Positions 12,102 to 29,427 of a DNA stretch of 64,000 bases are shown one piece after another; the stretch's first letter is position 1, and each line of letters starts with the position of its first letter. The DNA is from the human T2T-CHM13v2.0 reference genome, Homo sapiens. Both the position numbers and the translations under genes were made by a program. The notes under the pieces are model-generated. The model was given only the letters and a program-made list of their open reading frames with translations, did not search any database and was not told the origin of the DNA. The stretch lies in the NCBI RefSeq assembly GCF_009914755.1, contig NC_060932.1; one strand, written 5' to 3'.

Positions 12102-15100
12102 AACTGTTCCAGAACAGTGACTTAGTGAAAAACTGGATTTCCACTCTGTCAGACAAATTTCGGAAAACACTGAAGTAGGGCATTTCTGATTGATTTTACC
12201 GTTCCCGGAATTTTATTTTCCTTTATCACTTAGACCCCTTCTGTGGGGATTTAATAAATAAACGTCTTTTGTAGTGTATGTTATTTCATTTTATTTTTAT
12301 AATTTATATGAATTTTAATTTTAACTTGACAAATAAAAATTATATATATTTATGGCATACAACATGATGTTTCATACGTGTATACATTGTGGAATGACAA
12401 AATCAAGCTAATTAACACACTCGTTTCCTCACATACTGATTTTAATGTGATGAGGACATGTCTAAAATCTACTCTTATAGCAATTTTCAAGTATACAATA
12501 CATACTTATACACTGTAGATGCCAGGCTGTTCAATAGATCTCTAGAACCATTCCTCTCTGAAATTTTGTATCATGAGACTATCATCTCTCCAGTCCCTCC
12601 CTGACCCCTGCCTCGGGTAACCACCGTTCTGCTCTCTACAGCTATGAGTTGCATTGTTTGAGATTGCACATATAAGTGAGATCATGCAGTATTTGTCTTT
12701 TTGTGCTTGCTTTTTAAATCTTTATTATGTAATTATTTATTTTTTGAGACAGGGTCTCAGTCTGTCACCCAGGCTGGAGTACAGTGACACAAACACGGCT
12801 CACTCACCACGGCCTCCACCTCCCGGGGTCGAGAGTTCCTCCCGCTTCAGCCTCCTGAATAGCTAGGACTACAGGCGTCCAACGCCACACTTGGCTAATT
12901 TTTGTGTTTCTTTTAGAGATGGGGTTTCACCATGTTGCCCAGGTTCATCTCCAACTCCTGGGCTCAACGCTTCCACCTGCCTTGGCCTCCCAAAGTACTG
13001 GGATTACAGGCATGAGCCACCGTGCCTGGCCTTTGCTTTCTTTCACTCAGTGTACCATCCTCTAGGCTCATTCGTGTTGCCAATGAGATGATTTCTTTCT
13101 TTTTTAAGGCTGAATTGTGTTCTATTGGGTATATGTACCGCTTTTCTTTTTATGTTTAATTTTTTTTGGTTTTTTGAGACAGAGTTTCGCTCGCGTCGCC
13201 CAGGCTGGAGTGCAGTGGCGTGATTTCGAGTCACTACAACCTCTGCCTCCCAGGTTGAAGTGATTCTCCTGCCTCACCTGAGATTAGAGGCATGTACCGG
13301 CATGTCCGGCTAATTTTGTGTTTCTAGTAGAGATGGGGTTTCACCATGTTGGCCAGGCTGGTCTTGAACTCCAACAATTCTAATTCAACTAATTTATTTT
13401 ATAGAAATATTTATGTGTGAGAAACAATATTTTCAAGAGTCAAAGATTTAAAACTGCTTAATTGTACATCACTAAGTGGCTGGCTAATAAATTATAGTAC
13501 GTTCATCCTTACGGAAGAATACTTTGCAGCTAAAACAGAACGAAAGAGAGGAAACTCTTCAAAATGTTAACTGGGAATGACGTTCAAGACTTATTGTTAA
13601 ATAAAACAAATTGAGAAGAAGAGTCGTTTATTGGTACTAAATTTGTGTCAGTAAAAATGGATTCTATACGTGGGATGGTTTATAAGTATGTGGAAAAATT
13701 CTTTGATGGTTTTTCCTTGAAAAAGTGAAACCTAAATCCACTCCGTTTGGATGTGGGCCTATTTACGGTTGTTGCTTCCTAAACATAAACTACGTTTAGG
13801 CTGATATTTCAGACAATGAAACCTTTGAGTGCCCGTAGCGGGAAGATCTCGGTTGCTGAGTGCAGGGAAGGAGGATGTAATTCCATCATATATACTCTCT
13901 GTGCCTACCGCATTTGGAACCATGCGAGTGATACGTATTTATAAAATAACATAAACCAAGCACAAGTACGAACTTAGCAACACTATATTGAGTTAATAGA
14001 ACGGTATCTTGTATTTCTTCTGTCCAGGTATACTTATAAATGCCTGCAGGGATTTCACCACCTCAGGGTGGAGAGACTCAATGCTTGTGAGGGAATTAGG
14101 ATGGTGGAATATTGGTGTTACCAGGGAAGGGGGCGGGATGTTTGAAAATGCTATGTTTACTCGTTCTTGGGTTCCAATAAAGGAGAAACAGGGCACAGGA
14201 GTCGGAAGGACTAGTGGCAATAGTGATGAAAGGACCTCCTTATCATGCTGGCTATGTTAATTACCCAGGTGTAGGAAGCCATACACTGAGGCGGAAGATC
14301 GCAAGTCAGAGTGGCCGGCAGGCACAACCTCCTGGCACACCAGAGGCAGGTCTTCAATACCCACTGGTTTCCCCAACAGGCTGCGTAAGGGACCCTGAGC
14401 CACAGTGAGTTGGTCAAATGCTCCTGACAGTGTGGAGAAACCAACAGGCAAAACGTGGGTGCAAAAGTGATGAGACCCCACACTTTACACTCGTGGTGAC
14501 AATGAAGCTATTAAGTAACAGCTTCTCAACCTATGCTGTTTCCTGTTGGATGCACATAATCCATTTGCACTGCAGACAATTTTAGGATGTGGTTTACAGT
14601 AAGGTGGATGGTACCTTATGGCAAAAATCTCTCAGAAATTTATGTGTGGTTTTAAAGTCATTCCAGTCCTAGCACGTTGTGCTTTTCAGAGACGCCATAG
14701 CTGTTTTTCCCTTTGTAATATCAAAGCAGTAATATGTTCTCTGGAGGCCTGTTGGGTGAATTTAATGGAATCAAGTTAAGTAGGTGCCAGAACCATTGCT
14801 GTTTTCCCTCCATAGCCCTGCCACCCACTGTAAAAAGGTTGATGAGATTACTTAATGATTTCCAATTAAGTTGTATTTCCAAATATCATGATTTCCATTT
14901 TAATGTAGTTGGTATGGAGCTCTGTGAGTGTGTGCTTCTTTTATTATGGATCACGTTCAGCTTCTTTTTATTTGCCTCCTAGTCATAATAGTAAAACTCT
15001 ACTCCTCTACTCCGAGGAGTCCCTACCACCCATCTCATCACTTTCCAGCCCAGCACTCTTCATGCTCATTCATTTAAAGCATTCAACATTGTGTAAATGA

Positions 15101-15329
15101 ATCTTGGAAGGCCAAAGCTACTGAATTTAGCGATTTTGTGGAGGCATTGCCACAAATCAGCCAGGTGAAGTTTCACACAATCGAAGACTGCACAACTCCT
15201 AGAAGGCAGCACTATGCTGCAAACCCAGACGGCCACTCTTCTCACCCCTCGTCCGTTTGCTGTTCTGGATAATGAGGTTCAAAAGTCACCTAGGCAACTG
15301 CCAAAATAGCTGAAATGGAGAAAGGGCTT

Positions 15330-15812
15330 CAGGCTGGTGACTAGCAGAGGTCCACCTGACCCCCGTAAGCTGCTGAACAAGTAGGGCTGCCAGAAATGTC
15401 CCACTAGGGAATTTGGTAGAGACGAAGACATGCTCACCGGACAAGGGTTCCTCCCAGGATACGCCCGAGCGGAAGAAGCGGGCTCTGAGCCACGCCCTTT
15501 CACCCTCCTCTACCCCGCCCTGGGCTGGTGAAGGTGCGCGCCAGGATGTGGACTACTGAGCCCTGAAGAAATAAGTCCTTCCACTTTGACCCCATGGAGG
15601 ATTGCCTGTGAGGAACTTAAACGAGTCCACCAGTGTCTAGACACGGGGGCAGGTCTGTCCGGCACAGCAGCTCCCTCAAGGAGGAGAAGAGTGAGGAGAA
15701 AGGAAACTCAAGTCTCACCATTCTGTCCTGGGAGAGAAGAGGAGGATCTCATCTCTCATCTGTCCAAACAAGGCAAGGAGACTTTCTCTCATCTTTCCAA
15801 GCAAGGCAAGGA
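15330..15812 (+). pseudogene. Decayed upstream REXO1 retrocopy fragment, copy 2
   Basis: Same sequence as 3140-3622 (+12190). Confidence 0.83.
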
Positions 15813-15814
15813 GA

Positions 15815-16700
15815 CTTTTTATCATTAGGAAACAAAAAGAATTTAGAAGGAATGAAAGCAGCCCGTAAGGTGAATTCCTAAGGACTGCCCATTGAAACTG
15901 ACAAAATTGCCCTTGTTTGATGAGAGGAATGAGCAGAGCATTGATGTGGTGAACAAGGATCTAGTGAGACTTTCCCAGCATGTTTCTACCAAAGCTTTAT
16001 CTAAGCTTCTCAGAACACTCTCCTAATAAGCAGATGTTTGGCCTTTCAGAAAGTCAACAAGCAAAATGCGTTGAGTGTCCCAAAACACTGATGCCATGAT
16101 GTGGGCTCCTGACTGGCCTCCTTTTCCTTTGACTGGACCACTGCCACCTCTTGGTAGCCATCGCTTTCATGATGCTTTGCCTTCGAGATCATATTGGTGA
16201 AGCCATGTTCCAACTTCCGCTTACAATTTGTCAGAGGGATGCGTCAGGATCGTGATCCCTCCTGTTTAAAATTTCCACTGATAGCTCTCGTCGTAACTGC
16301 AGCTGATCTGGGCACAGTGGTTTTCACAGCCACTGAAGGATTCATCTTCCACATCTTCTCACCTCTTCTTGAAACAAGCTATACATTCGTAAAGAGTTCA
16401 TTTCTTTGGGGTAGTGTCCTTACAAGCTTTTCTTAAAACGTCAATGATTTCTTCAATCTTCCACCCAAGCTTCACCATAAATTTGATGTTTCCTCTTGCT
16501 GCAATTTTCGTGGAATTCAAGTTGCTCTGATGGGAGTCCTTTTCAGTGGATGTCTCATCCTTCTTAGTGCCTCAAACTAGATCTAGTTCAGAAAGGTTAT
16601 CAGAAGTTAGGACAAGTTTATTTTAGTGCAAACCAGTGGAAATCCATGCATAGTTTCTTCACCATGTGCATTTTCTATGAACCTTTGGAAGACCACCTGT
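15815..16700 (-). mobile_element. HSMAR2 remnant, copy 2
   Basis: Same as copy 1 (+12190). Confidence 0.83.
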
Positions 16701-17237
16701 GTTGAACATTGCCCAAGTCCTGGGAGAGAAGTGGGTGCGGTCCGCTTCCTGTCCTCAATTTGCCCGCAGCGGCGGAGTGCACAGAGCAGGGAAAGGCAGC
16801 CCCAGAGGGATCCCGCCCTCCAGCATGCAGCAGACTGCTGGCCCAGTCCTGGCTCCAAGGGGTGCTGTGTGGGCCCAAGCAAGTTGACCAACCTCCCTGA
16901 ACCTTAATTTAATCCTAGGTAGCCCAATTCCAGTAGCCATTATAGGACTGCCCTGCAGGGACAGTTACTTAACTCAGGAAAAGCAACCTAGCTCCAAGTT
17001 TAGCAACCGGGAGTTCCAGTTGATTCCATTAGCGCACCCCCTGAGGCATTCCCAAGCTGGAGTCTGGTGGAAGATGAGGCTCAGTGTGATTGGACTGAAG
17101 CACCAACCTATCAAGGAGAAGTCCCACCCAGTCTGCCCTGTGCCTATATAAAGGCGACAAGTGGCGGCCGCAGCACTCATTGAAGCCGCCAGTTGGGAGA
17201 GGAGCAGAGCCAGGCCGGTGCTCCCGAAGGCAGCAAG

Positions 17238-19265
17238 ATGTTGCGAGCCACAGCTCCCTGCTGGTTCCCCCCTGGATACCCAGAAGCTAAGAAGGTGGCC
17301 GAGGAGGCGGCCCTGGAGGCAAGCCGCCATTTGGGAGGGGAGCAGAGCCAGGCCGGTGCTCCCGAAGGCAGCAAGATGTTGCGAGCCACAGCTCCCTGCT
17401 GGTTCCGCCCTGGATACCCAGAAGCTAAGAAGGTGGCCAAGGAGGCGGCCCCGGAGGCAAGCCGCCATTTGGGAGCGGAGCAGAGCCCGGCCGGTGCTCC
17501 CGAAGGCAGCAAGATGTTGCGAGCCACAGCTCCCTGCTGGTTCCCACCTGGATACCCAGAAGCTAAGAAGGTGGCCGAGGAGGCGGCCCTCGAGGCTCCA
17601 GAATTCCCACTGCCCTCTCATCAGCCTGCCCAGAGCTTCGGGCTCTGGGTGCCCCAGATGCACAAGCAGGCCTCAGCATTTGTGGACATCCAGGCGGAGC
17701 CCCAGAACAGGGGTCCGGCGGTGCCCCCAGCGTGGCCCAAGATGGTGACGGAGTCGTGCTACTTCCCTGCGCAGAGGGGATCGGCCTGCCGCTTGCCAGC
17801 CGCCCCAAGGCTGACAGAGAGGCCCTCGGGAGTCCGCATCTCAGCCCCCAGGAAGAGGAAGACGATCGCCCACTCTTCCAGCCCTTGCTTGGTCACAGGT
17901 TACACAGATGCCAAGAGAACCCGGGTGGCCAGCAGCAGCCAACGCTCCCGTGGCTCCAAGGTCGGCAGACAGCCAGGGAAGACGCGCAACAGGTCAGGGA
18001 TGGCATGCAAGACCACCGCCACCACCAGCTCTAAGCGAATCGTCCGTCGTGCATCCTTACCGAGTTTGAGTTTGAAGAAACCCATTATCCTCCGAAGCTC
18101 TGGGTGCCAAGTCCCCACCGTCCTCCGCCGAGGCTATCTCCAACTGTTCACCGAAGAGTGTCTCAAGTTCTGCGCCTCCAAGCAGGAGGCCGAGGAGAAG
18201 GCGCTGAACGAGGAGAAGGTGGCCTACGACTGCAGCCCCAACAAGAACAGGTACCTGAACGTGGTCCTGAACACCCTCAAGAGACTGAAGGGCCTGACCC
18301 CCAGCTCCATGCCCGGCCTCAGCAGGGCCGCCCTGTACAGCCGCCTCCAGGAGTTCCTGCTCACCCAGGACCAGCTCAAGGAGAACGGCTACCCCTTCCC
18401 GCACCCCGAGCGGCCCGGAGGCGCCGTCCTCTTCACTGGCCAGGGGAAGGGGCCCGGCGACTCCTCCTGCAGGGTCTGCTGCCGTTGTGGCACCGAGTAC
18501 CTGGTGTCCTCCTCGGGCCGCTGTGTACGCGACCAGTTGTGTTATTATCACTGGGGGCGGGTCCGCTCGAGCCAGGTGGCTGGAGGCCGGGTTAGCCAGT
18601 ACACCTGCTGTGCAGCTGCTCCTGGCTCTGTGGGCTGCCAGGTGGCAAAGCAGCACGTGCGGGACGGCCGCAAGGAGAGCCTCGATGGCTTCGTGGAGAC
18701 CTTCAAGAAAGAGTTGTCCAGAGACGCTTATCCAGGAATCTACGCCTTGGACTGTGAGATGTGCTACACCACGCATGGCCTAGAGCTGACCCGCGTCACC
18801 GTGGTGGACGCCGACATGCGAGTGGTGTACGACACCTTCGTCAAGCCCGACAACGAGATCGTGGACTACAACACCAGGTTTTCCGGAGTCACCGAGGCCG
18901 ACGTCGCCAAGACGAGCATCACGTTGCCCCAAGTCCAAGCCATCCTGCTGAGCTTTTTCAGCGCCCAAACCATCCTCATCGGGCACAGCCTGGAGAGCGA
19001 CCTGCTGGCCCTGAAGCTCATCCACAGCACCGTGGTGGACACGGCCGTGCTCTTCCCGCACTACCTGGGTTTCCCCTACAAGCGCTCCCTCAGGAATCTC
19101 GCGGCCGACTACCTGGCACAGATCATCCAGGACAGCCAGGACGGCCACAACTCCAGCGAGGACGCAAACGCCTGCCTGCAGCTGGTGATGTGGAAGGTCC
19201 GACAGCGCGCCCAGATCCAGCCACGCCACCGGTCCGCCTCTCCCGCCGCCCTGGCCTGTCCTTAG
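17238..19265 (+). CDS. REXO1L1: REXO1-like retrogene (GOR), copy 2 (E68K variant)
   Basis: Same intact 675-aa ORF. G>A at 17439 gives K68. Confidence 0.9.
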   Translation: MLRATAPCWFPPGYPEAKKVAEEAALEASRHLGGEQSQAGAPEGSKMLRATAPCWFRPGYPEAKKVAKEAAPEASRHLGAEQSPAGAPEGSKMLRATAPCWFPPGYPEAKKVAEEAALEAPEFPLPSHQPAQSFGLWVPQMHKQASAFVDIQAEPQNRGPAVPPAWPKMVTESCYFPAQRGSACRLPAAPRLTERPSGVRISAPRKRKTIAHSSSPCLVTGYTDAKRTRVASSSQRSRGSKVGRQPGKTRNRSGMACKTTATTSSKRIVRRASLPSLSLKKPIILRSSGCQVPTVLRRGYLQLFTEECLKFCASKQEAEEKALNEEKVAYDCSPNKNRYLNVVLNTLKRLKGLTPSSMPGLSRAALYSRLQEFLLTQDQLKENGYPFPHPERPGGAVLFTGQGKGPGDSSCRVCCRCGTEYLVSSSGRCVRDQLCYYHWGRVRSSQVAGGRVSQYTCCAAAPGSVGCQVAKQHVRDGRKESLDGFVETFKKELSRDAYPGIYALDCEMCYTTHGLELTRVTVVDADMRVVYDTFVKPDNEIVDYNTRFSGVTEADVAKTSITLPQVQAILLSFFSAQTILIGHSLESDLLALKLIHSTVVDTAVLFPHYLGFPYKRSLRNLAADYLAQIIQDSQDGHNSSEDANACLQLVMWKVRQRAQIQPRHRSASPAALACP

Positions 19266-19829
19266 CCCCAGGCCTCTTCCAAAACCGCCATCAGTCCCGA
19301 GAGCTCACCCTGCCCACCTCGCCGCAAAGCGAAAGAAACTGGAGCAGCCGGCGGCAGGAGAGGGCAAAAAGCCAAGAGTAACCCCAACCCCCCACTCCCG
19401 GTCCCCCGGAATCCCTGCCGCGGCCCCTCGGGCCTGTCCACATCCCTCTGCCCCTCCCAGACCTCTGTCCTTCCACCAATCGCCTCCCGCAGCCCCGAGC
19501 CGCCACTCCCAGTCCCCCGAGTCCCTGCCGCGCGCCCTCGCGCCTGTCCACATCCCTCTGCCCATCCGAGACCTCTGTCCTTACACCACTAGCCACCCCA
19601 CGTGGGACTTCCATGGCTTCTGAGTACAAGGCCAGCCCCCCGGCCCACCAGCTTTCGGAATGCCTGCTTACCTCTTTTTCTGTAGAGGCACCACAGGGAG
19701 GTGGGTGAAGCACTTCGGCTCTGGAGTTACAGATCTGGGTTCAAGGCCAAATTCCACCACTTACTAGGTTTGTAATATTGGACAGATAACGTCTTTGCGC
19801 TTCTACCTTTTGGTCTTTAAAGTGTGATC

Positions 19830-23501
<3,672 letters not shown>

Positions 23502-26500
23502 AAAGTGTGATCCTAATGTCATGGTGCGGACTGAATGAAGCAGCACATGGCAAGCCTTAAAACGATCGCACATAGTAGGTGTTCAATTAATGTTAACTAT
23601 ATTTCTTTTCTATAATAGTTTATAAAGGGAATTCATGAACACTATGTGATTAATCCTTGGAACAACCCAACAGGTAGGTAAATAAAGCCTAATTTTATAC
23701 CTAAAGAAACCATGCGGCTTAACTTGCCCAAAATAATAATGATTGTAATGAGCACTGGCTGTTGGTTTCTTATGTACTTGGTACTTTGCACGTATTAACC
23801 CAGTCAGTCCTCCTAATAGTTGTGAGAGAGATAGCATTCTTATCCCCATTTTACAGATGAGGAACCTGAAGCCCAGGTGATAAGTAGTTTATCCAAGGTA
23901 TCATAGCTAGAAGTCGGGTGCAGGCAGTCTGGCTCCAGAGCCCCTGCTCTGTCCGCTGACCTAGCTGACTTCCCAAGAGTCAAAGTGGATTCTTCCCCAA
24001 GACCAACCAATTACAATGACTGAATCAGTCAGTCAACTTCGAACTGGGCTCCAAGAGAGAACGAACCATCATGCCTCTCTAAATCCTCATTTCTAGTTTG
24101 AATCTTCAAGGAGAGATAGACACTAAGTAGCTAGTTTTGCTGGAATGGCTGATTTTATCAATGTTTTCGGTGTGTGAGTGTGTGTGTGTGTATATGTATA
24201 GAACTAAATTAAACTGATAATTTGAATGCTTACACTTCCATTAGTTCAATTTGTGTATGTGAGCCCTCACACACATACATACACACACACAAACTGTTCC
24301 AGAACAGTGACTTAGTGAAAAACTGGATTTCCACTCTGTCAGACAAATTTCGGAAAGCACTGAAGTAGGGCATTTCTGATTGATTTTACCGTTCCCGGAA
24401 TTTTATTTTCCTTTATCACTTAGACCCCTTCTGTGGGGATTTAATAAATAAACGTCTTTTGTAGTGTATGTTATTTCATTTTATTTTTATAATTTATATG
24501 AATTTTAATTTTAACTTGACAAATAAAAATTATATATATTTATGGCATACAACATGATGTTTCATACGTGTATACATTGTGGAATGACAAAATCAAGCTA
24601 ATTAACACACTCGTTTCCTCACATACTGATTTTAATGTGATGAGGACATGTCTAAAATCTACTCTTATAGCAATTTTCAAGTATACAATACATAGTTATA
24701 CACTGTAGATGCCAGGCTGTTCAATAGATCTCTAGAACCATTCCTCTCTGAAATTTTGTATCATGAGACTATCATCTCTCCAGTCCCTCCCTGACCCCTG
24801 CCTCGGGTAACCACCGTTCTGCTCTCTACAGCTATGAGTTGCATTGTTTGAGATTGCACATATAAGTGAGATCATGCAGTATTTGTCTTTTTGTGCTTGC
24901 TTTTTAAATCTTTATTATGTAATTATTTATTTTTTGAGACAGGGTCTCAGTCTGTCACCCAGGCTGGAGTACAGTGACACAAACACGGCTCACTCACCAC
25001 GGCCTCCACCTCCCGGGGTCGAGAGTTCCTCCCGCTTCAGCCTCCTGAATAGCTAGGACTACAGGCGTCCAACGCCACACTTGGCTAATTTTTGTGTTTC
25101 TTTTAGAGATGGGGTTTCACCATGTTGCCCAGGTTCATCTCCAACTCCTGGGCTCAACGCTTCCACCTGCCTTGGCCTCCCAAAGTACTGGGATTACAGG
25201 CATGAGCCACCGTGCCTGGCCTTTGCTTTCTTTCACTCAGTGTACCATCCTCTAGGCTCATTCGTGTTGCCAATGAGATGATTTCTTTCTTTTTTAAGGC
25301 TGAATTGTGTTCTATTGGGTATATGTACCGCTTTTCTTTTTATGTTTAATTTTTTTTGGTTTTTTGAGACAGAGTTTCGCTCGCGTCGCCCAGGCTGGAG
25401 TGCAGTGGCGTGATTTCGAGTCACTACAACCTCTGCCTCCCAGGTTGAAGTGATTCTCCTGCCTCACCTGAGATTAGAGGCATGTACCGGCATGTCCGGC
25501 TAATTTTGTGTTTCTAGTAGAGATGGGGTTTCACCATGTTGGCCAGGCTGGTCTTGAACTCCAACAATTCTAATTCAACTAATTTATTTTATAGAAATAT
25601 TTATGTGTGAGAAACAATATTTTCAAGAGTCAAAGATTTAAAACTGCTTAATTGTACATCACTAAGTGGCTGGCTAATAAATTATAGTACGTTCATCCTT
25701 ACGGAAGAATACTTTGCAGCTAAAACAGAACGAAAGAGAGGAAACTCTTCAAAATGTTAACTGGGAATGACGTTCAAGACTTATTGTTAAATAAAACAAA
25801 TTGAGAAGAAGAGTCGTTTATTGGTACTAAATTTGTGTCAGTAAAAATGGATTCTATACGTGGGATGGTTTATAAGTATGTGGAAAAATTCTTTGATGGT
25901 TTTTCCTTGAAAAAGTGAAACCTAAATCCACTCCGTTTGGATGTGGGCCTATTTACGGTTGTTGCTTCCTAAACATAAACTACGTTTAGGCTGATATTTC
26001 AGACAATGAAACCTTTGAGTGCCCGTAGCGGGAAGATCTCGGTTGCTGAGTGCAGGGAAGGAGGATGTAATTCCATCATATATACTCTCTGTGCCTACCG
26101 CATTTGGAACCATGCGAGTGATACGTATTTATAAAATAACATAAACCAAGCACAAGTACGAACTTAGCAACACTATATTGAGTTAATAGAACGGTATCTT
26201 GTATTTCTTCTGTCCAGGTATACTTATAAATGCCTGCAGGGATTTCACCACCTCAGGGTGGAGAGACTGAATGCTTGTGAGGGAATTAGGATGGTGGAAT
26301 ATTGGTGTTACCAGGGAAGGGGGCGGGATGTTTGAAAATGCTATGTTTACTCGTTCTTGGGTTCCAATAAAGGAGAAACAGGGCACAGGAGTCGGAAGGA
26401 CTAGTGGCAATAGTGATGAAAGGACCTCCTTATCATGCTGGCTATGTTAATTACCCAGCTGTAGGAAGCCATACACTGAGGCGGAAGATCGCAAGTCAGA

Positions 26501-27519
26501 GTGGCCGGCAGGCACAACCTCCTGGCACACCAGAGGCAGGTCTTCAATACCCACTGGTTTCCCCAACAGGCTGCGTAAGGGACCCTGAGCCACAGTGAGT
26601 TGGTCAAATGCTCCTGACAGTGTGGAGAAACCAACAGGCAAAACGTGGGTGCAAAAGTGATGAGACCCCACACTTTACACTCGTGGTGACAATGAAGCTA
26701 TTAAGTAACAGCTTCTCAACCTATGCTGTTTCCTGTTGGATGCACATAATCCATTTGCACTGCAGACAATTTTAGGATGTGGTTTACAGTAAGGTGGATG
26801 GTACCTTATGGCAAAAATCTCTCAGAAATTTATGTGTGGTTTTAAAGTCATTCCAGTCCTAGCACGTTGTGCTTTTCAGAGACGCCATAGCTGTTTTTCC
26901 CTTTGTAATATCAAAGCAGTAATATCTTCTCTGGAGGCCTGTTGGGTGAATTTAATGGAATCAAGTTAAGTAGGTGCCAGAACCATTGCTGTTTTCCCTC
27001 CATAGCCCTGCCACCCACTGTAAAAAGGTTGATGAGATTACTTAATGATTTCCAATTAAGTTGTATTTCCAAATATCATGATTTCCATTTTAATGTAGTT
27101 GGTATGGAGCTCTGTGAGTGTGTGCTTCTTTTATTATGGATCACGTTCAGCTTCTTTTTATTTGCCTCCTAGTCATAATAGTAAAACTCTACTCCTCTAC
27201 TCCGAGGAGTCCCTACCACCCATCTCATCACTTTCCAGCCCAGCACTCTTCATGCTCATTCATTTAAAGCATTCAACATTGTGTAAATGAATCTTGGAAG
27301 GCAAAAGCTACTGAATTTAGCGAATTTGTGGAGGCATTGCCACAAATCAGCCAGGTGAAGTTTCACACAATCGAAGACTGCACAACTCCTAGAAGGCAGC
27401 ACTATGCTGCAAACCCAGACGGCCACTCTTCTCACCCCTCGTCCGTTTGCTGTTCTGGATAATGAGGTTCAAAAGTCACCTAGGCAACTGCCAAAATAGC
27501 TGAAATGGAGAAAGGGCTT

Positions 27520-28002
27520 CAGGCTGGTGACTAGCAGAGGTCCACCTGACCCCCGTAAGCTGCTGAACAAGTAGGGCTGCCAGAAATGTCCCACTAGGGA
27601 ATTTGGTAGAGACGAAGACATGCTCACCGGACAAGGGTTCCTCCCAGGATACGCCCGAGCGGAAGAAGCGGGCTCTGAGCCACGCCCTTTCACCCTCCTC
27701 TACCCCGCCCTGGGCTGGTGAAGGTGCGCGCCAGGATGTGGACTACTGAGCCCTGAAGAAATAAGTCCTTCCACTTTGACCCCATGGAGGATTGCCTGTG
27801 AGGAACTTAAACGAGTCTACCAGTGTCTAGACACGGGGGCAGGTCTGTCCGGCACAGCAGCTCCCTCAAGGAGGAGAAGAGTGAGGAGAAAGGAAACTCA
27901 AGTCTCACCATTCTGTCCTGGGAGAGAAGAGGAGGATCTCATCTCTCATCTGTCCAAACAAGGCAAGGAGACTTTCTCTCATCTTTCCAAGCAAGGCAAG
28001 GA
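27520..28002 (+). pseudogene. Decayed upstream REXO1 retrocopy fragment, copy 3
   Basis: Same sequence (+24380). Confidence 0.83.
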
Positions 28003-28004
28003 GA

Positions 28005-28890
28005 CTTTTTATCATTAGGAAACAAAAAGAATTTAGAAGGAATGAAAGCAGCCCGTAAGGTGAATTCCTAAGGACTGCCCATTGAAACTGACAAAATTGC
28101 CCTTGTTTGATGAGAGGAATGAGCAGAGCATTGATGTGGTGAACAAGGATCTAGTGAGACTTTCCCAGCATGTTTCTACCAAAGCTTTATCTAAGCTTCT
28201 CAGAACACTCTCCTAATAAGCAGATGTTTGGCCTTTCAGAAAGTCAACAAGCAAAATGCCTTGAGTGTCCCAAAACACTGATGCCATGATGTGGGCTCCT
28301 GACTGGCCTCCTTTTCCTTTGACTGGACCACTGCCACCTCTTGGTAGCCATCGCTTTCATGATGCTTTGCCTTGGAGATCATATTGGTGAAGCCATGTTC
28401 CAACTTCCGCTTACAATTTGTCAGAGGGATGCGTCAGGATCGTGATCCCTCCTGTTTAAAATTTCCACTGATAGCTCTCGTCGTAACTGCAGCTCATCTG
28501 GGCACAGTGGTTTTCACAGCCACTGAAGGATTCATCTTCCACATCTTCTCACCTCTTCTTGAAACAAGCTATACATTCGTAAAGAGTTCATTTCTTTGGG
28601 GTAGTGTCCTTACAAGCTTTTCTTAAAACGTCAATGATTTCTTCAATCTTCCACCCAAGCTTCACCATAAATTTGATGTTTCCTCTTGCTGCAATTTTCG
28701 TGGAATTCAAGTTGCTCTGACGGGAGTCCTTTTCAGTGGATGTCTCATCCTTCTTAGTGCCTCAAACTAGATCTAGTTCAGAAAGGTTATCAGAAGTTAG
28801 GACAAGTTTATTTTAGTGCAAACCAGTGGAAATCCATGCATAGTTTCTTCACCATGTGCATTTTCTATGAACCTTTGGAAGACCACCTGT
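28005..28890 (-). mobile_element. HSMAR2 remnant, copy 3
   Basis: Same as copy 1 (+24380). Confidence 0.83.
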
Positions 28891-29427
28891 GTTGAACATT
28901 GCCCAAGTCCTGGGAGAGAAGTGGGTGCGGTCCGCTTCCTGTCCTCAATTTGCCCGCAGCGGCGGAGTGCACAGAGCAGGGAAAGGCAGCCCCAGAGGGA
29001 TCCCGCCCTCCAGCATGCAGCAGACTGCTGGCCCAGTCCTGGCTCCAAGGGGTGCTGTGTGGGCCCAAGCAAGTTGACCAACCTCCCTGAACCTTAATTT
29101 AATCCTAGGTAGCCCAATTCCAGTAGCCATTATAGGACTGCCCTGCAGGGACAGTTACTTAACTCAGGAAAAGCAACCTAGCTCCAAGTTTAGCAACCGG
29201 GAGTTCCAGTTGATTCCATTAGCGCACCCCCTGAGGCATTCCCAAGCTGGAGTCTGGTGGAAGATGAGGCTCAGTGTGATTGGACTGAAGCACCAACCTA
29301 TCAAGGAGAAGTCCCACCCAGTCTGCCCTGTGCCTATATAAAGGCGACAAGTGGCGGCCGCAGCACTCATTGAAGCCGCCAGTTGGGAGAGGAGCAGAGC
29401 CAGGCCGGTGCTCCCGAAGGCAGCAAG